Assembly: GCA_963848135.1 (NCBI GenBank)
Contig: CAWKCK010000017.1
Location: 682,001 to 746,000, forward strand
Length of the DNA stretch: 64,000 nt
DNA from: an uncultured delta proteobacterium
GTDB lineage: Bacteria > Desulfobacterota > Desulfobacteria > Desulfobacterales > SG8-13
Direction: 5' to 3'
Numbering within the stretch: position 1 is the first letter of the stretch; every line of letters begins with the position of its first letter. The position numbers and the translations under genes are program-made. Below are positions 31,877 through 41,205 of the stretch, in pieces. Under the pieces are notes generated by a model that saw only the letters and a program-made list of their open reading frames with translations, searched no databases and was not told where the DNA came from.

Positions 31877-31984
31877 GTAAGCGTTAACAGGGTGCCGCGG
31901 ATGCAAGGCGTCGGGCGCACAGACGTACTTTTGCACATCAAGTGCCCAACAACAAAGCAGATGCGGTGCCCCGTGAATGCTTAC
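31877..31984. repeat. 108-bp MITE/REP-like element, copy 1
   Basis: GTAAGCGTTAAC...GTGAATGCTTAC terminal IR; colinear with 39493-39600 (88/108 identical by manual alignment). Confidence 0.8.
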
Positions 31985-31993
31985 GGCCCGTCT

Positions 31994-33274
31994 TCATCGT
32001 TCGTCAAGAGCTATGTAATCCGTTTTTTTCTGACCGGTGTATATCTGCCGCGGGCGGCAAAGCTTCCATTCGGGATCGTCCATGCTCTCCTTCCACTGGG
32101 CAATCCAGCCGGGCAGGCGGCCGATGGCAAACATGACCGTAAACATACTCGTGGGAATCCCCATGGCCCGGAGCACGATTCCGCTGTAAAAATCGACGTT
32201 CGGATAGAGGTCGTGGTCGATGAAGTATTCATCCTTCAATGCCACCTCTTCCAGTTCCATGGCGATGTCCATCAGTGGATCACTCAGGTTGAGTTTGTCG
32301 AGTATTCGGTGGCACATCTCTTTCATGATCTTGGCTCTTGGATCGAAAGTTTTATAGACCCTGTGTCCAAATCCCATGAGCCGGAAGGGGTCGTTTTTGT
32401 CTCTGGCCCTTTCGATGAAGGGTTTGATCTCTCCGCCGTTGTTTTTAATATTGGTCAACATCTCGACCACCGCCTGGTTGGCACCACCGTGCAGCGGTCC
32501 CCAGAGAGCGGCAATGCCGGCTGAAATGGCAGCATAAAGATTAACGCGCCCACTGCCCACGATACGCACCGCTGCAGTGGAGCAATTCTGTTCATGGTCG
32601 GCATGCAAAATCCAGAAAACGTTCAGGGCTTCGACCAATTCATCATCGAGCCGGTATGGTTTAACCGGCGTATCGAACATCATGTTGAGAAAATTGGCAC
32701 AATACGTCAGGTCCGGACGCGGATAAACCACCTTATGCCCCCGGGAAATTTTATAAGATATGGCGGCCATGGTGCGGAGCTTGGAAAGCAGCCGTGTCAT
32801 GGTAATGTTGATCTCTTCCTCGGTGCTCTGCAATTCGGGATAAAAACTCCTCAGGGCATTGACCATCGATGACAGAATCCCCATGGGGTGCGAAGCGCGC
32901 GGATATTTTTCATAAAAGACACGCATGTCCTCGTGCACGAGTGAGTTATCGTTCAATAACACCGAAAACCGATTGAGTTGGGTCCGATTGGGGAGATGAC
33001 CGTTGATCAGCAGATAAGCGGTTTCAATAAAAGTGGAACGCTCTGCCAACTGCTCTACCGGTATGCCACGGTATCGCAGAATCCCCTTTTCACCATCCAT
33101 GAAGGTGATTTCACTGTAACAACTGCCGGTGTTGGCATAGCCGTAGTCGAGGGCGATCAAGCCGCTGTCCCTGCGCAGCGTCGAAATGTCGATGGCCTTT
33201 TCACCTTCGGTCCCGACCACCACCGGTAGTTCATAGGTTTTGTTTCCGTGTATGATTTTGACGGTTTCACTCAT
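31994..33274 (-). CDS. gltA: Citrate synthase (type I/II, Si)
   Basis: GILRYRG, HPMG, ILHADHEQNCST, GPLHGGAN, LMGFGHRVYK..DPRA, YPNVDFYSG; start MSETV at 33274. Confidence 0.96.
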   Translation of the reverse strand: MSETVKIIHGNKTYELPVVVGTEGEKAIDISTLRRDSGLIALDYGYANTGSCYSEITFMDGEKGILRYRGIPVEQLAERSTFIETAYLLINGHLPNRTQLNRFSVLLNDNSLVHEDMRVFYEKYPRASHPMGILSSMVNALRSFYPELQSTEEEINITMTRLLSKLRTMAAISYKISRGHKVVYPRPDLTYCANFLNMMFDTPVKPYRLDDELVEALNVFWILHADHEQNCSTAAVRIVGSGRVNLYAAISAGIAALWGPLHGGANQAVVEMLTNIKNNGGEIKPFIERARDKNDPFRLMGFGHRVYKTFDPRAKIMKEMCHRILDKLNLSDPLMDIAMELEEVALKDEYFIDHDLYPNVDFYSGIVLRAMGIPTSMFTVMFAIGRLPGWIAQWKESMDDPEWKLCRPRQIYTGQKKTDYIALDER

Positions 33275-33680
33275 ACAAATCTCCCGTTTCCCGTTGATTC
33301 TTGAAATCAGTTTAACGTTGAGGTCCCCGAAGCGCCATAAGCTTGTACTTATTGCTGCATTCGACGGAAATATCAAGCATCTTTTGCGTGCATCCTTCTC
33401 TTCCTTTTCTGAACGACTGGCACTGACCGGCACTGGCTGCACACACCACACGGTTATATCTCGCTGGTAAAAAAGAGTGGAGATGCCGCGGTTACCTGTT
33501 ATCCAATATCTGCCATTTCTGAATCAGACAGATCCTTATTAAAACCGTGACACCGTTGATATTGAGTCAATGCCCGATATATTATTATGAAATGTCGGAA
33601 TAGGCCCGAATGCAACGGTTTATTTACAGACGACTCCGTCTGTATTAAGATGTAGAAAAAACTCCGGATTGGAGGTGGAC

Positions 33681-34487
33681 ATGTCCTTCAAGAAAAATCT
33701 TCTAAAGAAAATCGAGATCGACAGCCTGGTCGCCAAAGTGATGGCATCCGTCAGGCCGCTGGAAAGCGGCCGCAAGGTGGACAAGGAAGCCATGCGCACT
33801 CTGCTCGAAATGGCCGGCTACACCCTTCGCAAGGAAAGGGATCTCGACCTCTACCTGGAGGATGCGGCCGCAACGAAGGGCAATATCCTGGTCCTTGACA
33901 ATGACCTGACCATTTACGACACCACGGTCGAGGACGTGGTCATACGCAAAAGCCCCTACCTGAAGGATATGATCAGCGTTCGAAACATCATCAAGATATT
34001 GAACGACAAGGACGTGGTTGTCAGCAAAAAGGAATCCTCGGTCAGGCATGTCCAGCAGGCCTGTATTGCAACACTCGACCTTTCGTACGATTCATCCGCG
34101 ATTGCCGATATCGCGATCGATGGCGTGGCGTCCCTGGAAAGCCGTTACGCTGACGGTGTGATCGAGGTTGTCGATATGTTCGCTGTGCTGCTTGGTTATA
34201 AACCGCCACCCAAGATTTTTTCACTTCGCCCGCATCACGTCAGGGGAGCCCTGGAAGAAAAAGAAAACGGAGAACTGTTATTCGGTCCGGTTGCCATGTA
34301 CAGCCCGGAGAGCAATACCATGAAAGTCATCAATACGCCCATCAGCTCAAACGACAAAGCAAAAATGCAATATTATAAAAATGTCGCATCCGATGAAGAA
34401 AAAGCCCCCATCAGCGGTGAAGCCGCCTTTAAGTTTCTGAAAGAAGCTGTTTTGGAGACAGCACCGATTCTATCTGCCGGCGCTTAA
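33681..34487 (+). CDS. Hypothetical protein
   Basis: RBS GGAGG before ATG 33681; about 268-aa ORF with coding-like codon use. Confidence 0.75.
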   Translation: MSFKKNLLKKIEIDSLVAKVMASVRPLESGRKVDKEAMRTLLEMAGYTLRKERDLDLYLEDAAATKGNILVLDNDLTIYDTTVEDVVIRKSPYLKDMISVRNIIKILNDKDVVVSKKESSVRHVQQACIATLDLSYDSSAIADIAIDGVASLESRYADGVIEVVDMFAVLLGYKPPPKIFSLRPHHVRGALEEKENGELLFGPVAMYSPESNTMKVINTPISSNDKAKMQYYKNVASDEEKAPISGEAAFKFLKEAVLETAPILSAGA

Positions 34488-34809
34488 GCCCTCTCCACCA
34501 TACCCCCGGTTTTTCCGCGGCCATGAGCCCTAATGGGAGGCCCTCGGATTGCCCATTCTCCGCCTGCACATTACAGAAGTTCATCACTCCTCAATACATT
34601 CTGCCAGTGCCCGTTTCCATAGCTGGTCCCCCTTTCTCCGCTACCATCAATTTAATAACGAAAACACCGCCCAGCGGGCCAAAGATTCCTGGGATTTTGA
34701 ACTTGATTTAACACCGCTTATAGAGTAAAGAGTCTAACTTGGCCGATCCTAAACCAGCCAAACGAACCCACCGCCGCTTGACGGTGGGTTCGCTATAGGG
34801 AATGGATGT

Positions 34810-34841
34810 TAGCCCGGATATTTCATGAAATATCCGGGCTA
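34810..34841. promoter_or_regulatory. Perfect 32-bp palindrome in the leader of the CBS-SLC13 operon (attenuator or operator)
   Basis: TAGCCCGGATATTTCATGAAATATCCGGGCTA is self-complementary, followed by TTT and about 20 nt later by the RBS AAGGAGG. Confidence 0.6.
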
Positions 34842-34873
34842 TTTGGGGAACATATCTATAAAGGAGGTAATAA

Positions 34874-35440
34874 TTGAAACGATTCCGAGTGAAAGACCTG
34901 ATGGTGCCGCGGGATGAATATGCGATCATCAGAGAGAGTGCCTCGATTTTCGAGGCAGTTAAGGCTCTCGAAGCGGCCCAGCAGGATTTCGATCAAACGC
35001 GCTACCGGCATCGAGCCGTTCTGGTAGAGGACGAGAACAGGCGCATCGTCGGAAAATTGGGACAGCACGACATCTTACGAGCCCTGGAACCCGGCTACGA
35101 TGATATCAAATCGAAAAGCTCGGCCGTCGCCCACCTGGGGTTCAGCAAACGTTTTATCGAGTCGATGATCGAAAACTACCGGCTCTTTGATAAACCCTTG
35201 GAAAAAATCTGCGAAAAAGCGGGTCAGCAAAATGTACGTAAATACATGCACGTGCCCTCTGAAGGCGAATTTATCGAGGAGGAGGCATCTCTCGATCTGG
35301 CGATTCATCTTCTGGTGCTCGGCCACCACCAGTCATTGCTGGTGACCAGGGGAGAGGAAATCATCGGCATTCTCAGATTGACTGACGTGTTTGCCGCCAT
35401 TTTCCATTCCATGGAAGAATGTTTTGCCAACCAGAAATGA
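34874..35440 (+). CDS. CBS-domain protein
   Basis: VKDLMVP..EY..I, VLV.DE...IVGKL.Q.D.L..LEP.Y, GILRLTDVF; TTG start with AAGGAGG. Confidence 0.88.
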   Translation: MKRFRVKDLMVPRDEYAIIRESASIFEAVKALEAAQQDFDQTRYRHRAVLVEDENRRIVGKLGQHDILRALEPGYDDIKSKSSAVAHLGFSKRFIESMIENYRLFDKPLEKICEKAGQQNVRKYMHVPSEGEFIEEEASLDLAIHLLVLGHHQSLLVTRGEEIIGILRLTDVFAAIFHSMEECFANQK

Positions 35441-35495
35441 CTATTGAAACGGGCTGATGTTATCGAAAAAATGGTCAAATGTAAGGAGGAAGTGA

Positions 35496-36977
35496 ATGGC
35501 TACCGATGCTGTAGTGGGCGATCAACGTACGGCGATTAACTGGCGTAAAATCATCTTTTTGTCCGTCGGTATTTTACTCTTTTCCATAGTTTACCTGGCA
35601 CCGCCCTGGCCGGATGCTGTTGATCCCATGGGTGAGCATTTTCCCTTAAGCCGTGAGGCAAAGGGCGCACTGGCGATCTTTCTTCTGGCCGGCACCTGGT
35701 GGGTGTTCGAAGTCGTGCCCATCGGCGTGACAAGCCTGGCGATTGGGGTTCTTCAGGCTCTGTTTCTGATCCGTCCGGCCAAGGTTGCTTTTAAAGACTT
35801 TATGGATCCCTCGGTGATGTTCATTTTTGCCTCGATTATGATCGGTCTGGTCTTTACCAAAGTCGGATTGACCAAACGCTTGGCATATAAGATGCTGGCG
35901 ATTGTTGGTGAAAAAACAAGTATGATCTACCTAGGGGCTTTCGTTGTTACCTCCGCCCTTACCCATATTATGGCTCATACGGCGGTGGCAGCCACCATTT
36001 ACCCACTATTGATTTCGATCTATGCTTTGTATGGTGAAGGAGATAAGCAAACCAAGTTCGGCAAGGGATTATTTATCGGTATGGCCTATGTCGCCGGTGC
36101 CGGCAGCATCGTGACCCTGCTGGGAGCGGCCCGGGGTGCCGTTGCACTGGGTTTTTATACAGATATCATGAATCAAAATGTCAGCTTTTTTCAGTTAAGC
36201 TATTACATGTTTCCTGTTGGCTGGCTGATGACGTTTCTCCTATGGGGTTTTTTTATGATTTTCTTGAAGCCGGAAAAAGACCGTATCCCCGGACTCAGGG
36301 AAAAAGCCAAACAACTGAATTCGGAACTCGGCCCCATCACACGTAAGGAAATCACTGCATCAGTCATCGTCTTCGGCTGTATTCTGGTGATGTCCCTGAG
36401 GTCCTTCATTCCGGTCCTGAAACCGGTCGATAAAACCGCCATTATTCTAATATCGACAATCATGTTCTTTATCACCGGCATCTTGGACCTTGAGGATCTC
36501 GAAGATATCCCCTGGAACATCATCCTGCTGTTTGCCGGTGCCATGAGTATCGGGTTCTGCCTGTGGGAAACCGGGGCTGCCAAATGGATGGCCGTCAACT
36601 GGCTGACAATGTTCCAAGAGTCCAACTGGTTCGTATTTGTGATGAGCATCGCCTTCTTTGTTATGATGATGACAAATTTCATCATGAACGTGGCCGCGAT
36701 TGCAATTTCGCTTCCGGTGGCGCTGGTCATCGCCCCTTATCTCGGTGTGGCCGCCGAAGTGATCCTGTTTGCTTCCCTAGTGGTCGCCGGTATGCCGTTT
36801 CTGCTGCTCGTGGGTGCAGCGCCGAATGCAATCGCCTACGATTCCAAACAATTTTCAACCGGTGAATTTTTTCTTTACGGCATTCCAGCAAGCATTTTGC
36901 TGATGCTTGTCACCGGATTTGCCGTATATATCTTGTGGCCGTTGATGGGGATGCCCACAACGCTGGGTGCTGGGTAA
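35496..36977 (+). CDS. SLC13/DASS family anion permease
   Basis: WWVFEVVPIGVTSL, GLTKRLA, IPWNIILLFAG, TNFIMNVA, AAPNAIAY; many TM segments. Confidence 0.92.
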   Translation: MATDAVVGDQRTAINWRKIIFLSVGILLFSIVYLAPPWPDAVDPMGEHFPLSREAKGALAIFLLAGTWWVFEVVPIGVTSLAIGVLQALFLIRPAKVAFKDFMDPSVMFIFASIMIGLVFTKVGLTKRLAYKMLAIVGEKTSMIYLGAFVVTSALTHIMAHTAVAATIYPLLISIYALYGEGDKQTKFGKGLFIGMAYVAGAGSIVTLLGAARGAVALGFYTDIMNQNVSFFQLSYYMFPVGWLMTFLLWGFFMIFLKPEKDRIPGLREKAKQLNSELGPITRKEITASVIVFGCILVMSLRSFIPVLKPVDKTAIILISTIMFFITGILDLEDLEDIPWNIILLFAGAMSIGFCLWETGAAKWMAVNWLTMFQESNWFVFVMSIAFFVMMMTNFIMNVAAIAISLPVALVIAPYLGVAAEVILFASLVVAGMPFLLLVGAAPNAIAYDSKQFSTGEFFLYGIPASILLMLVTGFAVYILWPLMGMPTTLGAG

Positions 36978-37050
36978 GTTCTGTCTAGAATCATTGGCAC
37001 AGAGGGGACATATGAGATTTTCATATCTCAACCACAAACAATCATAAAAG

Positions 37051-37095
37051 AAACCGCTCCTGAATCCGGCTTACGGCTGGCTTCAGGAGCAGTTT
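37051..37095 (+). other. Intergenic stem-loop
   Basis: AAAC.GCTCCTGAA...TTCAGGAGC.GTTT. Confidence 0.45.
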
Positions 37096-37151
37096 GTGCA
37101 TCAGCTAACTGCGCACACCGTGATTGTCTACCACATTGCGATGGAGGAAGG

Positions 37152-38573
37152 ATGAAACAACTCGAAAAACTGCGCGATCGAATTATTCAACGGGTTGACG
37201 TCAATTTGAGACGTTTCGATTTTGATGTACCGGGTTTCCTCAAATACTATGTTCCACTGAACAAGATGGTTAAATATTACGCCCTTTACGGCATCACGCC
37301 CCACCACCCCCTACACTATCAATTTAACTATTCGAACCTTGCCGGAAGCAACATTCTGGGACGGTGCAAGGTCGATAATTCGATACTGTATAAATGTGAT
37401 ATCCGTGGTGACGAGCTGAAATCCTGCGGTGATGTCATACACTATGAAGGAACCGACATCCCTCTCGAATATGACGAAACGATTCTGATCAAAGACAGCT
37501 TTCTGATCAAAACCCTGGTCCACAACTGCTCGCACAATCCGGAAAACCCGGAACTGTTCCTGATCAAGAATACAGCCTCAGCGGCCTATGTGAACATCCA
37601 CGGCTCATGGATCGAAGGCTGTTTTCTCAATCCTTTCAGCACGGTTGACTTGACCAGCCTTCACGGCTGCTCTGTGGGAACATTTGCCTACCTTCAGGTC
37701 GGCGAGATTTGGCACAAGCAGATCCCCTCCGGTCAGATTTGGGTCAAGGCCGAAGATCAATTCGATTTCAAATATAACTTTCCCGAAAAGGCGCTGAAAA
37801 AATATATCGACTTCCATCCTGATCGCCGACCCACCGGAATTTTCATCGATTTTCTCGAAAGCCGCAAGGAAGATTTTCAGGACGTCTTCAACGTGGTTCA
37901 CTTTTCAAACCCGGTGTCTGTTCCGAAAAGTGCTTCCCTCAGCCCTTACGCTGTCGTGAAACCCAAGACCCGCATCGCTGATAACGTTCTCATCGCCCAG
38001 CATGCCTACATCGAAAGTTCGGTCCTTGGCAAAGGGGCGAATGCCCAGGAGCACTGTTACATCATCGACTCGAAGCTTAAGGGCAACAATGTGACCGCCC
38101 ACGGGGCTAAACTGATCGACGTCGTGCTTGAAAATAATGTCTTTGTCGGGTTTAATTCATTCCTTCGGGGCACTTTCGAGTTTCCATTGCGGGTTGGAGA
38201 AGGTGTTATCGTCATGCCGCACACCATTATCGATATGCAAGCATCTCTGACGATTCCACCGGGCCATCTGGTCTGGGGGCTGATAAGAAAGCCGAAGGAC
38301 CTGAAAGAGCACAGCATCGCTCTTGAAGACCTGGCCAAGGTGAAGGACAAACTCAAAATCGGCGCTATGGAATTCGTTGGCAACGGCAAAGCTTTCGTCA
38401 ATGCTTTTCAACACCGTATCGACCATATCCTCGAGGCCAACGGGGCTTATTACGACGGTAAAAAGAACAGGGGACATGCCCAGAGAGTCCAGCACATTGC
38501 CTATAACATCATTCAACCGCATCCGCTCGGCGTGAAGAAAGGGGTCTATCCGACCATCGACATTCGATCGTGA
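37152..38573 (+). CDS. Tandem left-handed beta-helix (hexapeptide) protein, two gamma-carbonic-anhydrase-like domains
   Basis: Two LbH repeats. Domain 1 has IRGDE, LVH and NIHG; domain 2 has NAQE, TAHG, VFVGFNS and IPPGHLVWG. Confidence 0.75.
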   Translation: MKQLEKLRDRIIQRVDVNLRRFDFDVPGFLKYYVPLNKMVKYYALYGITPHHPLHYQFNYSNLAGSNILGRCKVDNSILYKCDIRGDELKSCGDVIHYEGTDIPLEYDETILIKDSFLIKTLVHNCSHNPENPELFLIKNTASAAYVNIHGSWIEGCFLNPFSTVDLTSLHGCSVGTFAYLQVGEIWHKQIPSGQIWVKAEDQFDFKYNFPEKALKKYIDFHPDRRPTGIFIDFLESRKEDFQDVFNVVHFSNPVSVPKSASLSPYAVVKPKTRIADNVLIAQHAYIESSVLGKGANAQEHCYIIDSKLKGNNVTAHGAKLIDVVLENNVFVGFNSFLRGTFEFPLRVGEGVIVMPHTIIDMQASLTIPPGHLVWGLIRKPKDLKEHSIALEDLAKVKDKLKIGAMEFVGNGKAFVNAFQHRIDHILEANGAYYDGKKNRGHAQRVQHIAYNIIQPHPLGVKKGVYPTIDIRS

Positions 38574-38625
38574 ATCTGGGGAGCATGCCAATGCCGCCGA
38601 ACCCGATAACCTGGGATCGATCGGG

Positions 38626-39372
38626 TTATTTTTTGAAAAAATTCAGCAAGGCATGCAGGTTGGTCAAGGGATGCGGCGGGCAGCCGGGAATGAACAAATC
38701 CACTGGCAGCAGGCTGTCAAGGCCCGGAGTGATTTCCGGGCTGCCCCTGAAAGGACCGCCGCTGAGCGCACAGCTGCCCACGGCAATGACGACTTTAGGG
38801 GACGGCACGGCTTCGTAAGTTTGAAGCAGTGCCGTTTTCATATTGACGGATATGGGGCCGGTGACGACGATACCGTCTGCGTGGCGCGGTGAGGCCACGA
38901 AATTGATCCCGAACCGGGCCAGATCGAAGAAAGGGGTGGCCAGAACGTTCAAATCCGCTTCACAGGCATTGCAGCCGGCGGCTGATACCTGGCGCAGCTG
39001 TAGAGAACGGCCGAATAACTTCTTAAAGTGCTGCCGGGAATGATCGGCCAGTGAAGGCAGGGAGCCGTCGGTCATTAAATGCTCTTTTTCGGCAACCGAA
39101 AGTTCAAAATTCCGGGTAAAGGAGACGAACCGGCCTTGGGAAATCCGTTCGCACGTGCCGCAGAATACGCAGCGTCCCATATCGATCAGTTTGCGCCCGG
39201 CATCGATCGCATCCTGGGGACAGGCCGCCGCGCATTTGGTGGCCAGTTCACTCGGAGCCTCCTTATGAATTTGCGGTAATCCGCGATAGCGGGCCGGAAG
39301 TTTGATTTCCTTTTTAGGATACGCACTGGTTCGGTATCCCTGTTCAAACCTGTTTTTCAATGTTTTGAGCAT
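38626..39372 (-). CDS. ehrS: Ehr small subunit: ferredoxin (HycF-like) fused to NuoB/HycG-like Fe-S domain
   Basis: YRGLP, CAAACP, CVFCGTC, then GCNACE, ASPRHAD, GSCA, PGCPP. Confidence 0.85.
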   Translation of the reverse strand: MLKTLKNRFEQGYRTSAYPKKEIKLPARYRGLPQIHKEAPSELATKCAAACPQDAIDAGRKLIDMGRCVFCGTCERISQGRFVSFTRNFELSVAEKEHLMTDGSLPSLADHSRQHFKKLFGRSLQLRQVSAAGCNACEADLNVLATPFFDLARFGINFVASPRHADGIVVTGPISVNMKTALLQTYEAVPSPKVVIAVGSCALSGGPFRGSPEITPGLDSLLPVDLFIPGCPPHPLTNLHALLNFFKK

Positions 39373-39492
39373 GGTCGTCTCACGTTTGACGCTCGTCGGG
39401 TTGATGGCCGCTTGGTTGCATCTGACCGCACATACGACAATTTTAACCGTTCATTGCGTTGCAACGTCCGATGTGTTGTAAACCACCTGAAA

Positions 39493-39600
39493 GTAAGCGT
39501 TAACAGTGTACCGCAGATGCAAGACTTCGGGCGCGCAGACATACTTTTGTGCATCAATCGTCCGACAACACAGTAGATGCAGTGCTCTCTGAACGCTTAC
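39493..39600. repeat. 108-bp MITE/REP-like element, copy 2, inside the ehr operon
   Basis: GTAAGCGTTAAC...CTGAACGCTTAC; homologous to 31877-31984. Confidence 0.8.
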
Positions 39601-39606
39601 CGATAA

Positions 39607-41124
39607 TTAGAGATCGAATCCGCAGTATGACAGATTGTAGCTCTTGTTGTTGAGCGGAAAATCTGAAATTCCGGTATCCCGCAAGGACATGGCCAGTCCG
39701 TTCCAGTTATGAAAAGAAGGATCCTTGACCTTGTAACGCAAGATCCCTCCCGCAGTGTCGGTCAACACGCAGTGCGACAATTCTCCGCGCCATGCTTCGT
39801 TGATTGCCACCACAAATGAAGCCGGCGCTAAAGTCGCATCGAAAGCTTCGACACAGGCCGTGTCGATCGGTTCGCTCAGCCAGGACTGAATCATTTCGAT
39901 CGATTGTATCACCTCATCCGCCCGGATCATGGCCCGCGCGTACACGTCACCTGTGGATTTGGCATTCTCGGGGATATACTGCTGCCCAAAGTGCCCGGTG
40001 GGAAAACAGCGCCGAACATCATACGGAAGGCCGCACGCCCTGCCGGCCGGCCCTACCAAGCCCAGTTTTTCCGCCGTCGCCGTACTGACCGCCCCGCAGT
40101 CCTCAAACCGGGACCGGACACTGGAAGTGGCAAACAGCAGGTCGATCACATGTTCGACCTGGGGTTTAAGTTCGTTCAAACGTGCCATCAGCGTGCTGCG
40201 ATCCTCGTCGGTCACAGGGAAGCGGACCCCTCCGGGGCGCACCAGCCCTTTGCCAAAGCGGTTGCCGCACATCCACAGCGTCAGGTTAAGGAAATCACCG
40301 CGCATCCGGCCGAAGTAATTGGCCGGCGGCAAAAAAGCGACATCTCCGCTGAGAGCACCCAGGTCGCCGATGTGGTTGGCAAGCCGTTCCAGTTCCAATG
40401 CAATCAACCGGATGATGTCCGCCCCGGTATCGGGTCGGACCGCAGTCAATGCCTCAACCGCCTGGGCCATGCACAGGCTGTTTCCGATGGCGGTGTCGCC
40501 GGCAATCCCCTCGGCCAAAATTGGCAACCGTTTGGCGTCGGCATCGAGCAATAGTTTTTCAACACCACGATGCTGGTAGCCCAGTTGAATTTCCAGATGC
40601 AGCACGCGCTCTCCGATGCAATTGAACCGGAATTGACCCGGCTCGATAACGCCGGCATGCACCGGGCCGACTGCCACCTCATGGATCTCATCGCCTTCCA
40701 CGGCATAATAATCGTATCCGCCAGGGATGTCTTGGCTGTAATCGTTTCCGAAGACATCCGGTCTGCCGAGGTCGTTGGCGTGATAGCGAACCATCTTCAA
40801 CCAGGGATGTCCCTCGGGTACAATGCCGAACTGTTCGGCAATTTCGCGTTCGAACATGTGGAACGGTTCGCACTGCAACGTCATAGCCGGATAAGCGTCC
40901 GGCGCATCGCATCCGGCAACCAGGAGTAGTTCGGTCCTGAGCACCGCCAGAAGTTTGACCGCAGCGCCGTCCTGGTAGGCGAAATAGTGCACAACTTTGC
41001 CCCCGCCTTCGACGACCGCCAGAGCCTGAGTGCGAAAGTCTTCGAAATCAAAATGCGGGATGCGTTCTCTGTCAATCGCCTGCCCATTTCCGATCTGCAA
41101 AAAACCCGTCTCCATTGGCGTCAC
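39607..41124 (-). CDS. ehrL: Ehr large subunit (HycE/HyfG/NuoCD-like, lacking Ni-binding CxxC motifs)
   Basis: FEREI, VGPVHAGVIEPG.FRF...GE, LGYQHRG.E; AEGIAGD replaces RxCGxC; ends NKSYNLSYCGFDL with no DPCxxC. Confidence 0.88.
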   Translation of the reverse strand: MTPMETGFLQIGNGQAIDRERIPHFDFEDFRTQALAVVEGGGKVVHYFAYQDGAAVKLLAVLRTELLLVAGCDAPDAYPAMTLQCEPFHMFEREIAEQFGIVPEGHPWLKMVRYHANDLGRPDVFGNDYSQDIPGGYDYYAVEGDEIHEVAVGPVHAGVIEPGQFRFNCIGERVLHLEIQLGYQHRGVEKLLLDADAKRLPILAEGIAGDTAIGNSLCMAQAVEALTAVRPDTGADIIRLIALELERLANHIGDLGALSGDVAFLPPANYFGRMRGDFLNLTLWMCGNRFGKGLVRPGGVRFPVTDEDRSTLMARLNELKPQVEHVIDLLFATSSVRSRFEDCGAVSTATAEKLGLVGPAGRACGLPYDVRRCFPTGHFGQQYIPENAKSTGDVYARAMIRADEVIQSIEMIQSWLSEPIDTACVEAFDATLAPASFVVAINEAWRGELSHCVLTDTAGGILRYKVKDPSFHNWNGLAMSLRDTGISDFPLNNKSYNLSYCGFDL

Positions 41125-41205
41125 CTAACTCGGTTCTATCAATAAATTGAATCCAGGCTGTATTCAGGCCCCGTCGAAAATTTATAGTTTGAATGCGCCT
41201 CTATG

